From Podarcis bocagei (lineage: Eukaryota): a stretch of DNA of 64,000 nt. Below, in pieces: positions 40,701 to 53,300 of this stretch (position 1 is its first letter; each line of letters begins with the position of its first letter). The translations under genes were made by a program, and so were the position numbers. The notes below the pieces were generated by a model. That model made no database searches and was not told the DNA's origin. It saw only the letters and a list, made by a program, of their open reading frames with translations. The stretch lies in the NCBI GenBank assembly GCA_964188305.1, contig OZ076885.1; one strand, given 5' to 3'.

Positions 40701-43700
40701 AATACCTTTCAGCCTAGACTACCTTAAAGGGCTGTTATGATAATGCAAAGGAAGAGGGGGGGGGGTCTGACATGCCACCATGAGCTCCTTGGAAGAAGGG
40801 TAGGTAAAAGTGTCAAAGATAAATAAATTCTGCAGCCCACTGCCTCTCAACAAGAGAGTTTAATTCAACCTCCCTTCAGGATTAAACCCTGCCCTCCTGC
40901 CCATCAGCTGGTTTCAGCAGTGTTATCATCTGATGGTGGGGGGCGTGATTTGAGGGTAAATGGCCTCGCAGACCAGATTTGAAACTCTGGTGGGCCAAGA
41001 CTGATAGGCTGTTCTAAACCACAGCAACTGTAATGTGTGTTCTGGTCCCAAACAAGTCTATCATCTGTGGGGGTTCAACAAAATAATATTTGATAGGCCT
41101 AAACCTCAAATTGGCAACTTAAAAGAGTTTTAAAACTGGGTAGAGGCTGTTGCTCAATCCCATGCCCATTCCAGAAATAAAATTCTGCACTTTAGGCCTT
41201 TTCTGTCAGCCTCTGGCTGTGGCCTAACTGCTCACTGGCTTGTAGGCCCCAAACTTAACCAGCTGCTCAGCTATCAGGCTAAAATGCACTTACCTCTCCG
41301 GCATAGTGCTGGATTCCAAACTGAAAATCTGTTACTCGAGGCTTCATATAGTACTGGTTGTTCTGAAACAGAAACAAGTGAAGCACTTTATACTACACAA
41401 GCACCTGAAGCAACACATCAGCAGCTGTTTTTAAATATCACGAGTGGTAGCAATTTTTTGCGCATAACCAAGCCAAACAGTGATAATAATAATAATAATT
41501 TATTATTTGTACCCCGCCCATCTGGCTGGGTTTCCCCAGCCACTCTGGGCGGCTTCCATAGAAACCAAAAAACACTAAAATATCATACATTGCATCATAC
41601 TCTGGTGCAGTACTATTACACTTCATAAACTGTCAGTCCCAAAATGGCCGCACAGTAACCTCAACAGTCAGTTAAGAGTATTTTGGTGGAGCCAAAAACA
41701 GGGAACTATCCTGGCAAACATCTCTGTCAGTGCTACAACTCAGACATTCTGATGAGCCAGAAATTATCCTTCTGGAAGATTCCCTGCCTCAGATTGAAGC
41801 ATCCCAGCTATGTCACAAGCCACTAGGATCAGTCTGACTACTGGAATTCCCAGAACTGCTAAAATACAATGTTCTTCACAGAGTACTGATTGTGTCTGTT
41901 AGCTTTTAGCCATTATCCAGTAAACTGAACAAGGAAAGCTATTCTACCCTGAATTGTTAACCTAATTTTAAACCTCCACCCGCTGAATCTTAGCAGCTAT
42001 TCATTTGGTAAGAGACTTAGGGTCATCTGCTTAAGAGACACATTATGCAATTCTGTTTGCTTTGCTTTGAAGAGGGTTAATTTGGCCTCACAGTTTGATT
42101 GCCTTTTCTATCAGAAGACACCAAGGGAGCCTTCCAAGGCTGAAGCAGAGGCTCAGCCAAAGAGGTTCCAATAGATGAAGTGTCGATAACTGGTTCTTTG
42201 TGGACTGTGTTCCTCTTGCTCACTTTGTGGCCTTCTTTTAAAAATCCACAGTGGAAGTAGCTCCCATTTCATACAACGAACAGAGCACCACCTACTTTGT
42301 TCATAGATGAGAGGAAATTTAAAATATCAAGATTATGTAAAGTGTAGTTTGTGGGAACACATCCTGTGTGTTAATGTGGGGTGGTGGGACGGGGAGAAAA
42401 GAGCATGGAACAAATCCCTGAGGGGCATCAAACTATGGTTCCATACAGGTTTCTCTTCTCTTTAATCTATACCTTGCTCCTCCTATCCCTTTGGTGTGTC
42501 AGATATATGAATCAAAACTATATACCACCACCCACTGCAATATATGCATTCTACACAGAGCTGCCCCTCAATACTGTCTGGAAGCTGCAGCTGGTCCAGA
42601 ATGCAGAGGGTAGGCTGCCAACTAGTGCCAACCAAGCAGATCAAGTACCACTGCAATTATTTAGAATAGATGCTAATTCATTTGTTTCCAGGTCCAGTTC
42701 AAAGTCCTGGTTTTGACTTTTAAATCCTTAAGTGGTCTGTGTTTCAGGTCCTTGAAGGAATGCCTCCTCCCTAAATGTTCCCCTTTTCTGCTTCATGGTC
42801 ATCAGGTAAGGTTCCGTTTTGTTCCCACTCCCTACCCCCTTGTTGGGGGCTATGAGATTTGGGACTGTCTCTGCAATGATATCTTATCTTTCAAACTTCT
42901 TGTCTAAGAAGGTCTGCCTACTCGCTCCTGATTCTTAGAAGGATGCTTAAAAATCATTTTATCCACAAAGGTGTTTTGGTTGCTGGGAGGCAACTGATCT
43001 TGGCTTTATTTAGTTTCCCTTCCAATTTCTGGTTTGTTAATTTATGCAGGGGTTACTTTCTGGAGATTGCACATAGCCAAAACAGATTGGGTTCAGTGGT
43101 GGGAAGGATTGCCAAAGTCTTTTTCCCAGGTGCCTGCCTGCTTTTGGCCCTATTATTATTATTATTATTGTTATTATTATTATTATTATTATTATTAAAA
43201 TAAAGCTGAATACACACGTTAAAAGCAGGCTTACTGTATTGGGATTGTAATATTTTACATTGGTTTCTATATTATTATTAGCCTATGATATACATTTTAG
43301 AAATGCATAGATAAATGCATGCAAGTGTTGTGTATATATGCATCTTCACTTACCCCATGCTGGTTGTGCAGCTTTTCCAAAAGGGTACTGTCTGTGCCTT
43401 TGGGGAATCTACTCTCTTCATTAACCAAGGCCAGCAAACCAAGTTTCTGTAGCCAAAGAAGAAAAAGACTTGCAGTGATCATTTAATGTAATGTTATCTT
43501 GCTCAGCCTAAAGTAAGGTTGGAGGGGGTGTAAAAATTGTATGTATGTAAGGACAGCAAACACACCCACCCACACCCCTTGAGATAGCCATGATTTCCAC
43601 TCATACCTCCCCCTTCTTTTTCCTTACACTCTTCTTCTTTTTCTTCACAATGAACTCTTCTAACTTCTGAATGAAGCCTGTCTATTTCCATAAAAGTAAC

Positions 43701-44778
43701 AGAAGCCAAGGTGGAGAGAGGCAAAATAACAGCTATAAACTAAGGCACAGAAACAAGCCTTGCTATTTGGGACCAAGGTCAGAGAGAAAAGCCCAGTCTA
43801 CAGAGGAAGCATACTCTTGACTGCATGCTAACCCATCACACAGGAGAGAGGCCTACCTTCTCAATAAGATCCAGGCATTCTGCATTGTCCATCCAATCAA
43901 TGGCTTCCCAGCTTATCCCCTCTCTGCCAAAAAGAGAGGGGAAACACAAATCAGGCACTCATATTTGCAGAGAGCAGGGGTTAAGAAACAGCAAGATGCT
44001 TTGGACAGGAGAGAAGTACAAGAAAAGGAGAATAATATCCCTGGGAGGGGAAAAGCAGAGAGTAAGGTAAAACTGCTCCCAGGCAGCAAAGTAGTGGGCG
44101 ACTCTTGCTTTTATCAAGCTTTCCAAGGATTTCCTTGACCCCCACATGGATTGTCAGTGATGAAATCCAAAGCGGCTTTTCTGCTAGCAGTTTTTCCTCC
44201 TCCACCTGAGAGCAGTGGGCTCTCTTGGTTGCCAGAGGCCACTACCAATAAGCAATAGCCACTGCCTCCTGAAAAGGCCACTTTTAACTACCTGTTGTAC
44301 TCAAGCTGCTCCAGGGAGAATATGTGCTTGTTGAAGTACTCCTGGAGCTTCTCATTTGCATAGTTAATGTTAAACTGCTCAAAACGATTCACCTGTGCGT
44401 GTGACAAGAGAAACCAATATTAGCACCCATGTTCTTGGTCTGGGGGAAAAATCTTTTTTCCCTTGAGGGCTGCAAGGAAGAGGAAGTGCATGCGGGAAGC
44501 AGGGGAGGGTCAGCGGAAGTGCAGAGGGTCAGCTTGTTATTGCCTCTCCTGCCGGCTGCTGCCAGTCTGGGCATGCAGTGGCACAGAAACCACAGAGACT
44601 GCAAATGACAAGACTGCCCGTTCAAGGTGAAAACAGGGCACATAAAGAAAAGGATCAGTGAATGAAGCTCACTGGGTGACCTTGGGTCAGTCGCAATCTC
44701 TCAACCTAATCTACCTCACAGGGTTGTGGCACGGATAAGTTGTTGCATGGTTGAGACCCATCAGGGAAGGAAGCCAGG

Positions 44779-44838
<60 letters not shown>

Positions 44839-47800
44839 TGCAGTGCCACCTTAAGCTCTTTGGAGAAAAGGTGGGATATAAAGGTAATAATGAAAGAGGG
44901 GGAAACACAAGGGAGTGCATGCCCATGTAACATACGTGCCAAGAGTGTTTGACTAAATGCCTTACCAAAGTAATTTTCACAGGACATTGTCAAAGTTTGG
45001 GGAAGGGCTGTAGCTCAGTGGTAGAGCATATGCTTTGCATGCAGAAGGTCCCAGGTTCAATCCCTGGGTTCTCCGGGTATGACTGGGAATGCCCTCTGTC
45101 TGGAGCCCCGGAAAGTCGCTGCCAGTCTGTGTAGACAATACTGAAGTAGATGCCTGACTTGGTGTATTTCAACAAACAATATACAGGATGTAGTGATATA
45201 CAAGCAATTTTTGTGTGTGACTCTGACTTGGTGTATGGCAGCTGCCTTTGTTTCCAATTTCAAGAATGAGGTTCAAGGGGCAATGACCATCCCATCCCCT
45301 GCCCAACTGGCTTGGTATCGAGCAATTTATGTTCCAATGTACCTCCAGGTAATCAGCTCAGCTTGTTTTCTGCATGCACTGAAACTTCCTTTGGTCCATG
45401 CAACAATCCCCAATAGTTTAATTTCTAACCTGGAAATTCTCAAACCCGAAGATATCCAGGATTCCAACAGACTTAAAGTTTTCCTTCCCTTTTATCTTTG
45501 AGTTAATCTTGCCAATGATCCATGAGAAGCACTGTGAATAAAGGGCCATGGCGAGGGAGTCTCTAGAGTCAGCAGCCTAGGGGCAAACAAGGAGGAAGAC
45601 AATGCTTGTCAGTAAGCAATGAAATGGGGGGGGGGGGAGAGACACCAAACATCACTCTATATGCTGGAGAGCAACACAGCAAACTATGGGGAGATTGAGG
45701 CAGCAAAGGCCTGGCAAATGAACAGTATCCCTGGGAAACTAATTTTAAGTATAGAACAGCAGAGAAAAAACAGCTGAAACGCGGGTGCCTGAATTGCCAA
45801 GGATGGGATGACTGCTATCAAGCATGCCTCCCAACTCCATCTGTGCCAAACTAGGCCTTGTTCTCACCATGAGAAAATGAGGTATAAACCTGGGTCTGGA
45901 CTGCAAGTGGGGGACTTACATACTATAGGTTAGACCCTTTTCTTCAAAATATGCCTATGTATAGTCTTTTACACGGCATGCAAGCCTTCCGTGAAGAGGA
46001 ATCTGAAAAGGTCCAGTGGAGACATGTAGTTTCATTGCCTTGGTTACTGTTTGTGAGAATTAGGCCCTTGTCAGTCCAAGCTTCCTCCTCTAGGAGGGGG
46101 CCTAAAGAAGCCTCTTTGCTTTCCTCCATCAGCTGCCTCACACTACCAAGTCTCTTCACTTCTCAGAGGCAGGGCCATCTTTACCAAGGGATGCAAAGGG
46201 TGTGGGGCACCTGGGTGCTGAATTTGGGGGGGACGCCCGGCACCCACTACTGAAGCTCTTAACTATCTACCTGTTATGAAATAATAAAGAATTCTGATCA
46301 AGCTACAAAAACAAAATACATATATACCTAGGTATTACCGAAATGTATACCTACTGTTTCACTAAAGAACTTTCGACTTTGTGCACTCATTTACCAAAGA
46401 CGCGCTGCACCAGCGGCACTTGTCAGACTCAATGACAGCGCTTGTAATTCACAACGGTGCCGTGCACGCGAAATTAACTCTTACATCAAAATATTATGTT
46501 ATGTATTGTATTGAGGTACTATGCAGCAGCGGGGTCAGCGGCACCTTTGACACGACTGATGTTTCTCCTAAGTAGGTGCCTAAACAATACTTATAAGTTT
46601 AAGTGTGGTGGTGTTATATACTTAAGTATAAGTATACAGTATTGTAAATAAATGAGCAAATAAAGAAGTTTGTTTCTTTTTCCTCCCTTCTTTCGTGAAC
46701 AAGAGATAAGGCATAAGCGTGGTGTCTGACATAAGCATAATAAAAGTTAATTTGGGGGCTAAACTAAATTTGGGGGTGCTGGGTGGATCTTTGCACCCTT
46801 GCAGCGCATATGCTAAGACAGCGCTGCTCACAGGAAACCATAGATCAGAAGGCAGGAGAGCCATAAGGTCTCTCCTTTGACTCAGTGACCACCACTGTCC
46901 TTTAGAAAGCCTGAGGCCTAAACCACATGTTACAAGGAATACTTGGTGGCTGCCTCCTTGCATCTCCTCAGTAATATTTAGTCAAGGAAGATGCATGATG
47001 CCAGCACATTGAGGAAGATGCATGATGCCTGCCCCTGCTCTGCATCACTGGCTGCTGCTTGCAGGGGGAAAGGAAACTCTGGGCACAATGATGCCCTCTC
47101 AAATGGTCTTTAACTAAACAGAGCCGAAAGGACATGGTGGAAAGATGCAGGTGGGCAACAGCTACACATTCCCTGCATTGTATAGTTTGGGCCGGAGCCA
47201 ACTGCGCTTAGTGAAGCACAGACAGGGAGGAGCAGAACTCAAGTGGCCAGACTGCCTGGTAATTCAACATCTCTGCAACATCTTCCAGGAACGGGCGCTT
47301 GACTCAACACACCCGGGACTAGGACAAAAGCAGGGGTGGGCGGCACACAGACACGTGCGTTCTGTCAAAGGCCCCATTGACTGGCCTCAGCTCCTTCTGT
47401 CTAACACACTGGAAAATGCCAGTGCTTGGCATTATAATTAGCTCTGCGTACACTGCAAACTGACTGGCATCACATTCTCTCATGCATCTGGCAATAGTTG
47501 GCTGGCATTCCTGGAAGGCTGGGACGGGGAAAGTGGGCATTTGGCAGCAGGAAGTCTAACTAGTGAGGAAGGGCTATTGAGGAGTGTGCCACAGTGCCCT
47601 CATGTTCTGCTTGCGGGTTTCCAATAGGCATCTGATTTGCCACTGTGGGAAGAGAGTGCTGGACTGAGTGGGCCTTTGGCCTGATGCAACAGGGCTGTAT
47701 CCTCTGCAGAGTGCTTGCTGCACTTATCTACAGGAGAATCCATTTAATTGCTTGTTGCTTCTCCAGAGACACCCAGCTCACATTATGCAGCATCTGCAGC

Positions 47801-50344
47801 AGAGATATCGGCGGGGGGGGGGGGGGCTCAGGCCTGGGGGCCAAATCCAGCCCTCTAAGCTACTCTACCTGACCCACAGGTTTCTACCTAGACCACACAC
47901 CTTACTGGCCCCTGGTCTGCACCCTCCTTGAGAGTTTTGCCTGGCTGGAATATGTCCCTGAACTCTGCGAATGCCTCTTGCTCATCTGGGTGGAAGATAC
48001 AGAGAAGTTTGAGGCTCCATGCAGAAGCTATCCTACTGTACAAGAGTCACATTCATTGCTCTGTCCCCATTTACTTTTGGTCCCACTTGGCGCCAGCGCG
48101 TGGCCCTCAGAAGGCAGCTGAAAAAGATTCCCCAACCCAGCTCTACAGCGGTAAAGTTGTTAACAAGGCTGATTCACCCTCTCTTCCTGCCTTGCAAATG
48201 GCTTCCCTACATCCCAGCTTACTCAAATTCCTGAGCCACAGTGCACGTTATGGGAAGCCCTCCTCAAGGGTTGGGGGGTGGGGGGAGCAAGTCATGTTCA
48301 AATCCGAGGCATCCCTCAAGCGCCATTTCCCCTTGACAACTATGTGAGTGCTGCCACCTAGAGGCAAGTGCCCTTCATAGCCAGGCGCCACCACCATGCT
48401 TAGTGCAAAGCCCGTTGGCTACTCACTCACCTGCTCCACAGTGAGGGGAGAGCTGATCTCCTCTCCCCGTAGGAACATGGATCTCTGGGTGAGCACCTCA
48501 GACAACTGGAAGGCATCCAAGCCAAGCAGCTCGCTGACATTATTCAGCACTAGGAGAGAGGATGATAAAAGAGAGGTGGCAGTAATGCTTGCAATAATGT
48601 GTTCTTATTATATGGAAGTGATTGATGAGGGAGGGGGCCTCTCCTCAAAAAGGGACAGGAAGCCAATACAATCAAGAGGCGGGATAGACGTTTGGAGAGA
48701 CCTTGCTGGCAACTCTTGATCCCCCAAGACTCCACTGATGGGCCCAGGGGGAAGGCGGGAAAATAACAGAAACACAGTAACCGTGACATTCCAAAACACG
48801 GCAAAGCTATCTCTGGCAAGCCAGCATGACAACTAGGGTAGAGGATTTGTAAGCCATAGTTTCACAACATGGTGAAGTTCGAGCCCATTCGCACACTCAA
48901 AACCTAATTTGAATTGGGGGGTTAAAAATTTACTGTGAATTTAACAGTGTCTCATATTGGGAAGAACTAGACTTGGAATTGTCCCCCAACTCCTATAGTT
49001 CCTGAGTGTCCATTTTGTCCTGTGAACAGTAACAGAAAGGCAGTAAGGCCTGACCAGCGGATCAGCATGGTCACCAAAACGATGAGGGAGGAGAAGCAGA
49101 TTCCAGGTGGGGACGCCCTTCACAGAAGGGTGCCGCTTACCAGTTTTTGTTGTAATCTGAGCTCCTCCGGCCGTCATAAATTCAATGTTTCCAAGTTGCA
49201 GGATGCCAGACAGGAGTTTGAAAATGTCTCTGATCTCTTCAGAACCGAATCCCATCACTTCGAGGGCAGTCTGCTCAAAACACATTGGAGTTAGGTTAAC
49301 TCCACTGTCCCCCACCACCATCGGGCCAATCATAGACTTGCTATAAAGCAATCCTTACACATCAGCGCACACAAACCAGTTAACACATCCCTCTGTGAGA
49401 TTTTGCTTTCTAAGGCTAGCACCCTGAACACACTCACTATGAAGCAGCTGTACTGAGGTCCATAGAACTTACTTCTGAATATGTGATTGTCCTATTTCAG
49501 TCCTTTGGAGAGACTATTCCATAGACTCACCTGTTTCCTTGATTCCATATTGCAGCTGTGATTTTTGCCACTATGAACACAGAGCCAAGAATGCTCTGGG
49601 TAATGTTGAGCCTGGTTTCAGTTAGCCTTGCACCTTATATCCTGGTGGCAGTCAGACCCAATATGCAAGAGGATCCACAACAGGGGCAGAGATCCTGTGA
49701 CCTTCCAGCTGTTGCTGGACTACAGCTCCCATGATCCCTCAGCAGTATCCGCATTGGCTGACACTGTCCAGAAAAATCTGGAGGACCACAGGATCTCTAT
49801 CCCTGAGCTACAAGACCACCCTCTTGTACTTCCAGGCTTTTCCTTAAGCGAATCCTCTTCTGCTCTCTTCCTAGCATGCCCTTTCCTTGCCCTTATTCTA
49901 CAGTCTACCTTTCAATTTTATCTCCTATACAGCACTCTGCTTCAAAAGTGCTTTATAAATAATAAATATGATTCCTATAGCACCCTCACATCTTTTCCCT
50001 CCTTCTACATTACAAATCAGTGCCCATATTTTTGCAGGCTAAATCCTTCCCCCAGCTCCTTTTTTTTTAAGTGATGGGAACAAATGTAGTAGTGCAGAAC
50101 TGCAAGAAACAATGGGGGGGGGGGAAATACGCTAGTGGGCAGACAATGAGAAGTGTCGTCAAGCTACCATTACTTTAGTCTAAGCAGCCTCTCTAAATTG
50201 CTATCAAACAAAGCACCCAATTAGCAGGCACCACGTCCAGACAGGCCATCAAGAGTGAAAAATGATCCTCTTGCATTCAGTTATTTTGCAATTTAGTCTT
50301 CATCGAAGGAACAGGCACACCTTTCCCTTTAAACACACATGCAG

Positions 50345-50385
<41 letters not shown>

Positions 50386-53300
50386 CCCTGCCCTCACAGC
50401 ATTGCCTAATGCAGGTGTGTGAAACCTTTGTATCCCCCAGTTGTTGCTGAACTACAACATGCATCATCCCTGGCCATTGGCCATGCTTGCTAGGGCTGAT
50501 GGGAGTTGTAGTTCTGCAACATCTGGAGGGCCACAGCTTACCCACACCTAGCCTAAAGTCTTGCCTGGAGTCATAAGGAAGACTCACCATGACCTTGCTG
50601 AACATCTCTTTGTCGTCCAGGTTCTCATTGGTTACACAGCCAGACTGGTTTAAGTAACGATAGCTCTTGGGCTCCAGCAGGACCAGGGCTTCTGTAGGGA
50701 GGCAGCTCCCCAAAGGAGAAGCAAACACATTGGAGGTCGGGGTAGGAGGGTGGGGGGAGAGAAGATGAGCTAGGGACATCCAGAAAGCAACCAACTCTTC
50801 TTCCACTTGCTCCTTTCTCTGGGGTTGTCTATACAGCACTACCAGTTCAACATCATAGGACCAAACCACAGCATGGCAAAGTCTCCCCCCCAAAACAAAA
50901 ACAACTCAAGGACAACAGATTGTGGAATAAGTTGTGGGGAGCCAACATTAGCCTGTAACTGCCTTGTCCACAGTGGAAATAAGACATTTTTTAATTGTAA
51001 GCAGCCCTGGCAACTTGCAGTTTTGAATGTCAAGTGAGAGGGGTACTTAACCCATGAGGTAAAAACATAAGAAGGATCCTGCTGGGTCAGTTTAAAGGTC
51101 TATCTAGTCCAGCATTCTGCTTCCCACAGTGGCCAACCTGTGGTGAAAGCAGCCTGGATGAGTGGTTTAGAGTTGGAAAAGAGGAAGTGGGTTAAGCGGT
51201 TTAAGTATACCCTCCTTTTGCTGCTCCTCTGCTCAAAATTAGAGGCACCCAATGCTGTTTTACTCTTCTTTTCTTTTCAAATAAACTTGCTAGGAAGTAA
51301 CTTGTAATGTCTAGTTTGCCCCAATGCTCAAAATACTGGGAACTAAACAACCAATTCCCAGGCATCTAATTGCAGAAGACTTCTAAACCCAGTTATTGGT
51401 GCATCAGTAAGTACAGCAGCAATTCTGCCAAATAGATATACCTTCCTGTGGTTGCCAGCAGAAATTCCCCCTTCTCTAGCCCAGGGACTGCTAAAGTGTG
51501 TGAAGATACCATATTACTCTGCTAGGGGCATTCCTGGATGCCACTGCAAATTCCCTCTCTGCCAGTCTGAGATCTAGGGCTGCCATATTTCAAAAAGTAA
51601 AAACCAGGACACCCCGAAAGTTGTTGAACTTTTTTTAGGAAGCAGAGTTTGGCCCAGTTGCAGACAGGCCACAGAGGAAATACCACAAATTCCACTCACT
51701 GGAATCTGAGGTCAAGGGTTTCCAGCTCCATTCCCAGGCTCACTAGGGTCCTGATAAAAGTATTATTTAAGTGGGTACCAAAGCTTTGTCTCCGTATCAG
51801 AAGCTACACCCTTTCCCTCTTAAACTAGGCCGACTGCATCAGAAATAAAGGCTACTCCCTCCAAAACAACCCTAGCAGAGAATGGCCTGAGGAAGTCTGA
51901 GATGCGTCTCCAATGCAAATTTTTCATGGCTAATTCCAATTTCAGCCTTGCTTTTTGTAGTGCCCCACATTCATCGTGGGATTTCTGGGACACAAACCCC
52001 TGAGGCATTTTCCTCAAACAATTCAACCAAAGTTTTCTTGCTTCTAGTGTAAGGTTCCCCACCCCCACCCCCAGCTTTGAATTTGTGGCTACGGTTAACG
52101 TGGTGGTATGTAACATGGAAAACTAGCCATTGCTAATTCAACTGATTTAGGTCACGGACAATCCCTCAAAGGAAGAAGGGGGTTCTGGGGGAAATGTGCA
52201 AGTCTTCCTGTGGCAGGAGGGAGGGGAAGTTGAATCTGATCAGTGGCAAGGCACAGGGAGCTGCAAAAGGCGTGATGGGCTGGGAGATTTAGAAAGGGCT
52301 GGTGGAAAGAAGAGAGCAATGCTCTGACCAGCCCTCGAGAAAATCATGCCTCTGTTAACTGTCCAAGGACATGGTTAAGTACAGAAACTGGGCTATTGAT
52401 TCTGTGGGTAACGCAGGTGTCTCCCTGCTCCCTTCTGCACTCGTCTCCTACAAGAGGGACGAGTAGGCCTTAAACAGGAAATACAAGGCATCATTTAAAT
52501 ACACCGTCTCAAGAGTGGACTTGAGATATGATATCCCTTCTTGAAGTTGTAGGAGAAATGCCATTCACAAACTAGAATTCTGAGTTCAGGACTCCACCAT
52601 TAATTTATACAGAGCAAGGGTGCGTCAGGGGCCAAATCCAGCCCTCTAGGCCTCTCTGTCTACTCTTTGGCGCTCTCCCCAGACCATACCCCGCCCCTCA
52701 CTGGTCCCTCAAGTGTTTCTGTCTAGAATGAGTCCTGACAGCGCCTCTCACTTGCCTGGGTGGAAGACAGAAGGGTCTTTGTGTGAAAACTGGCCTGCTG
52801 TATAAAGGTATCATTTACACCTGCTGTTCGACTTGCTTTCGCCTCTGGCTCCACCCACCACTGGCATGTGGCCCTCAGAACATTGACTGGAAAGGAATGT
52901 GGCCCTCGGGCTGACAAAAGTTTCCCACCCTGGTGTAGATTTTTATCCTTAAGATTCTGAGCCTGTTCCTCCTCTGAAACCTGGGGTATTAGCCTGCTCT
53001 CTGAGCCACTCTGCCTACTGCAAGAGTGGGGATCCTCCAGCCCTCCAGGGGCTTCAGTTTGGTCTGCAAGGCCAAACCACACCCACTCATCCATCAGCTG
53101 ACATCAGTGGTGACTTCAGCAGATGAGCGGGAGGACAAGGTTTAACCCTGCACTGCCTGCCCACATGTCCCGTTTCCAGCAGGGAACACTATCACACAGC
53201 AAAAGGCAGCAAGATTTAATCTCCACTTATCAGCTGATGGGCGGAAATTAAAGCCTTCTCAAAATTGCAGCTCGCGTGCTTCTCCAGCTAGCAGCAGAAG

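Noticed and set aside
45005-45076. tRNA-Ala(TGC)-like sequence
   Set aside because: The acceptor stem does not pair and the sequence runs into a SINE body repeated elsewhere in the window; it is a SINE head, not a tRNA gene
46985-47029. 18-bp direct repeat AGGAAGATGCATGATGCC with a short spacer
   Set aside because: Only two units; a local duplication, not an array or CRISPR
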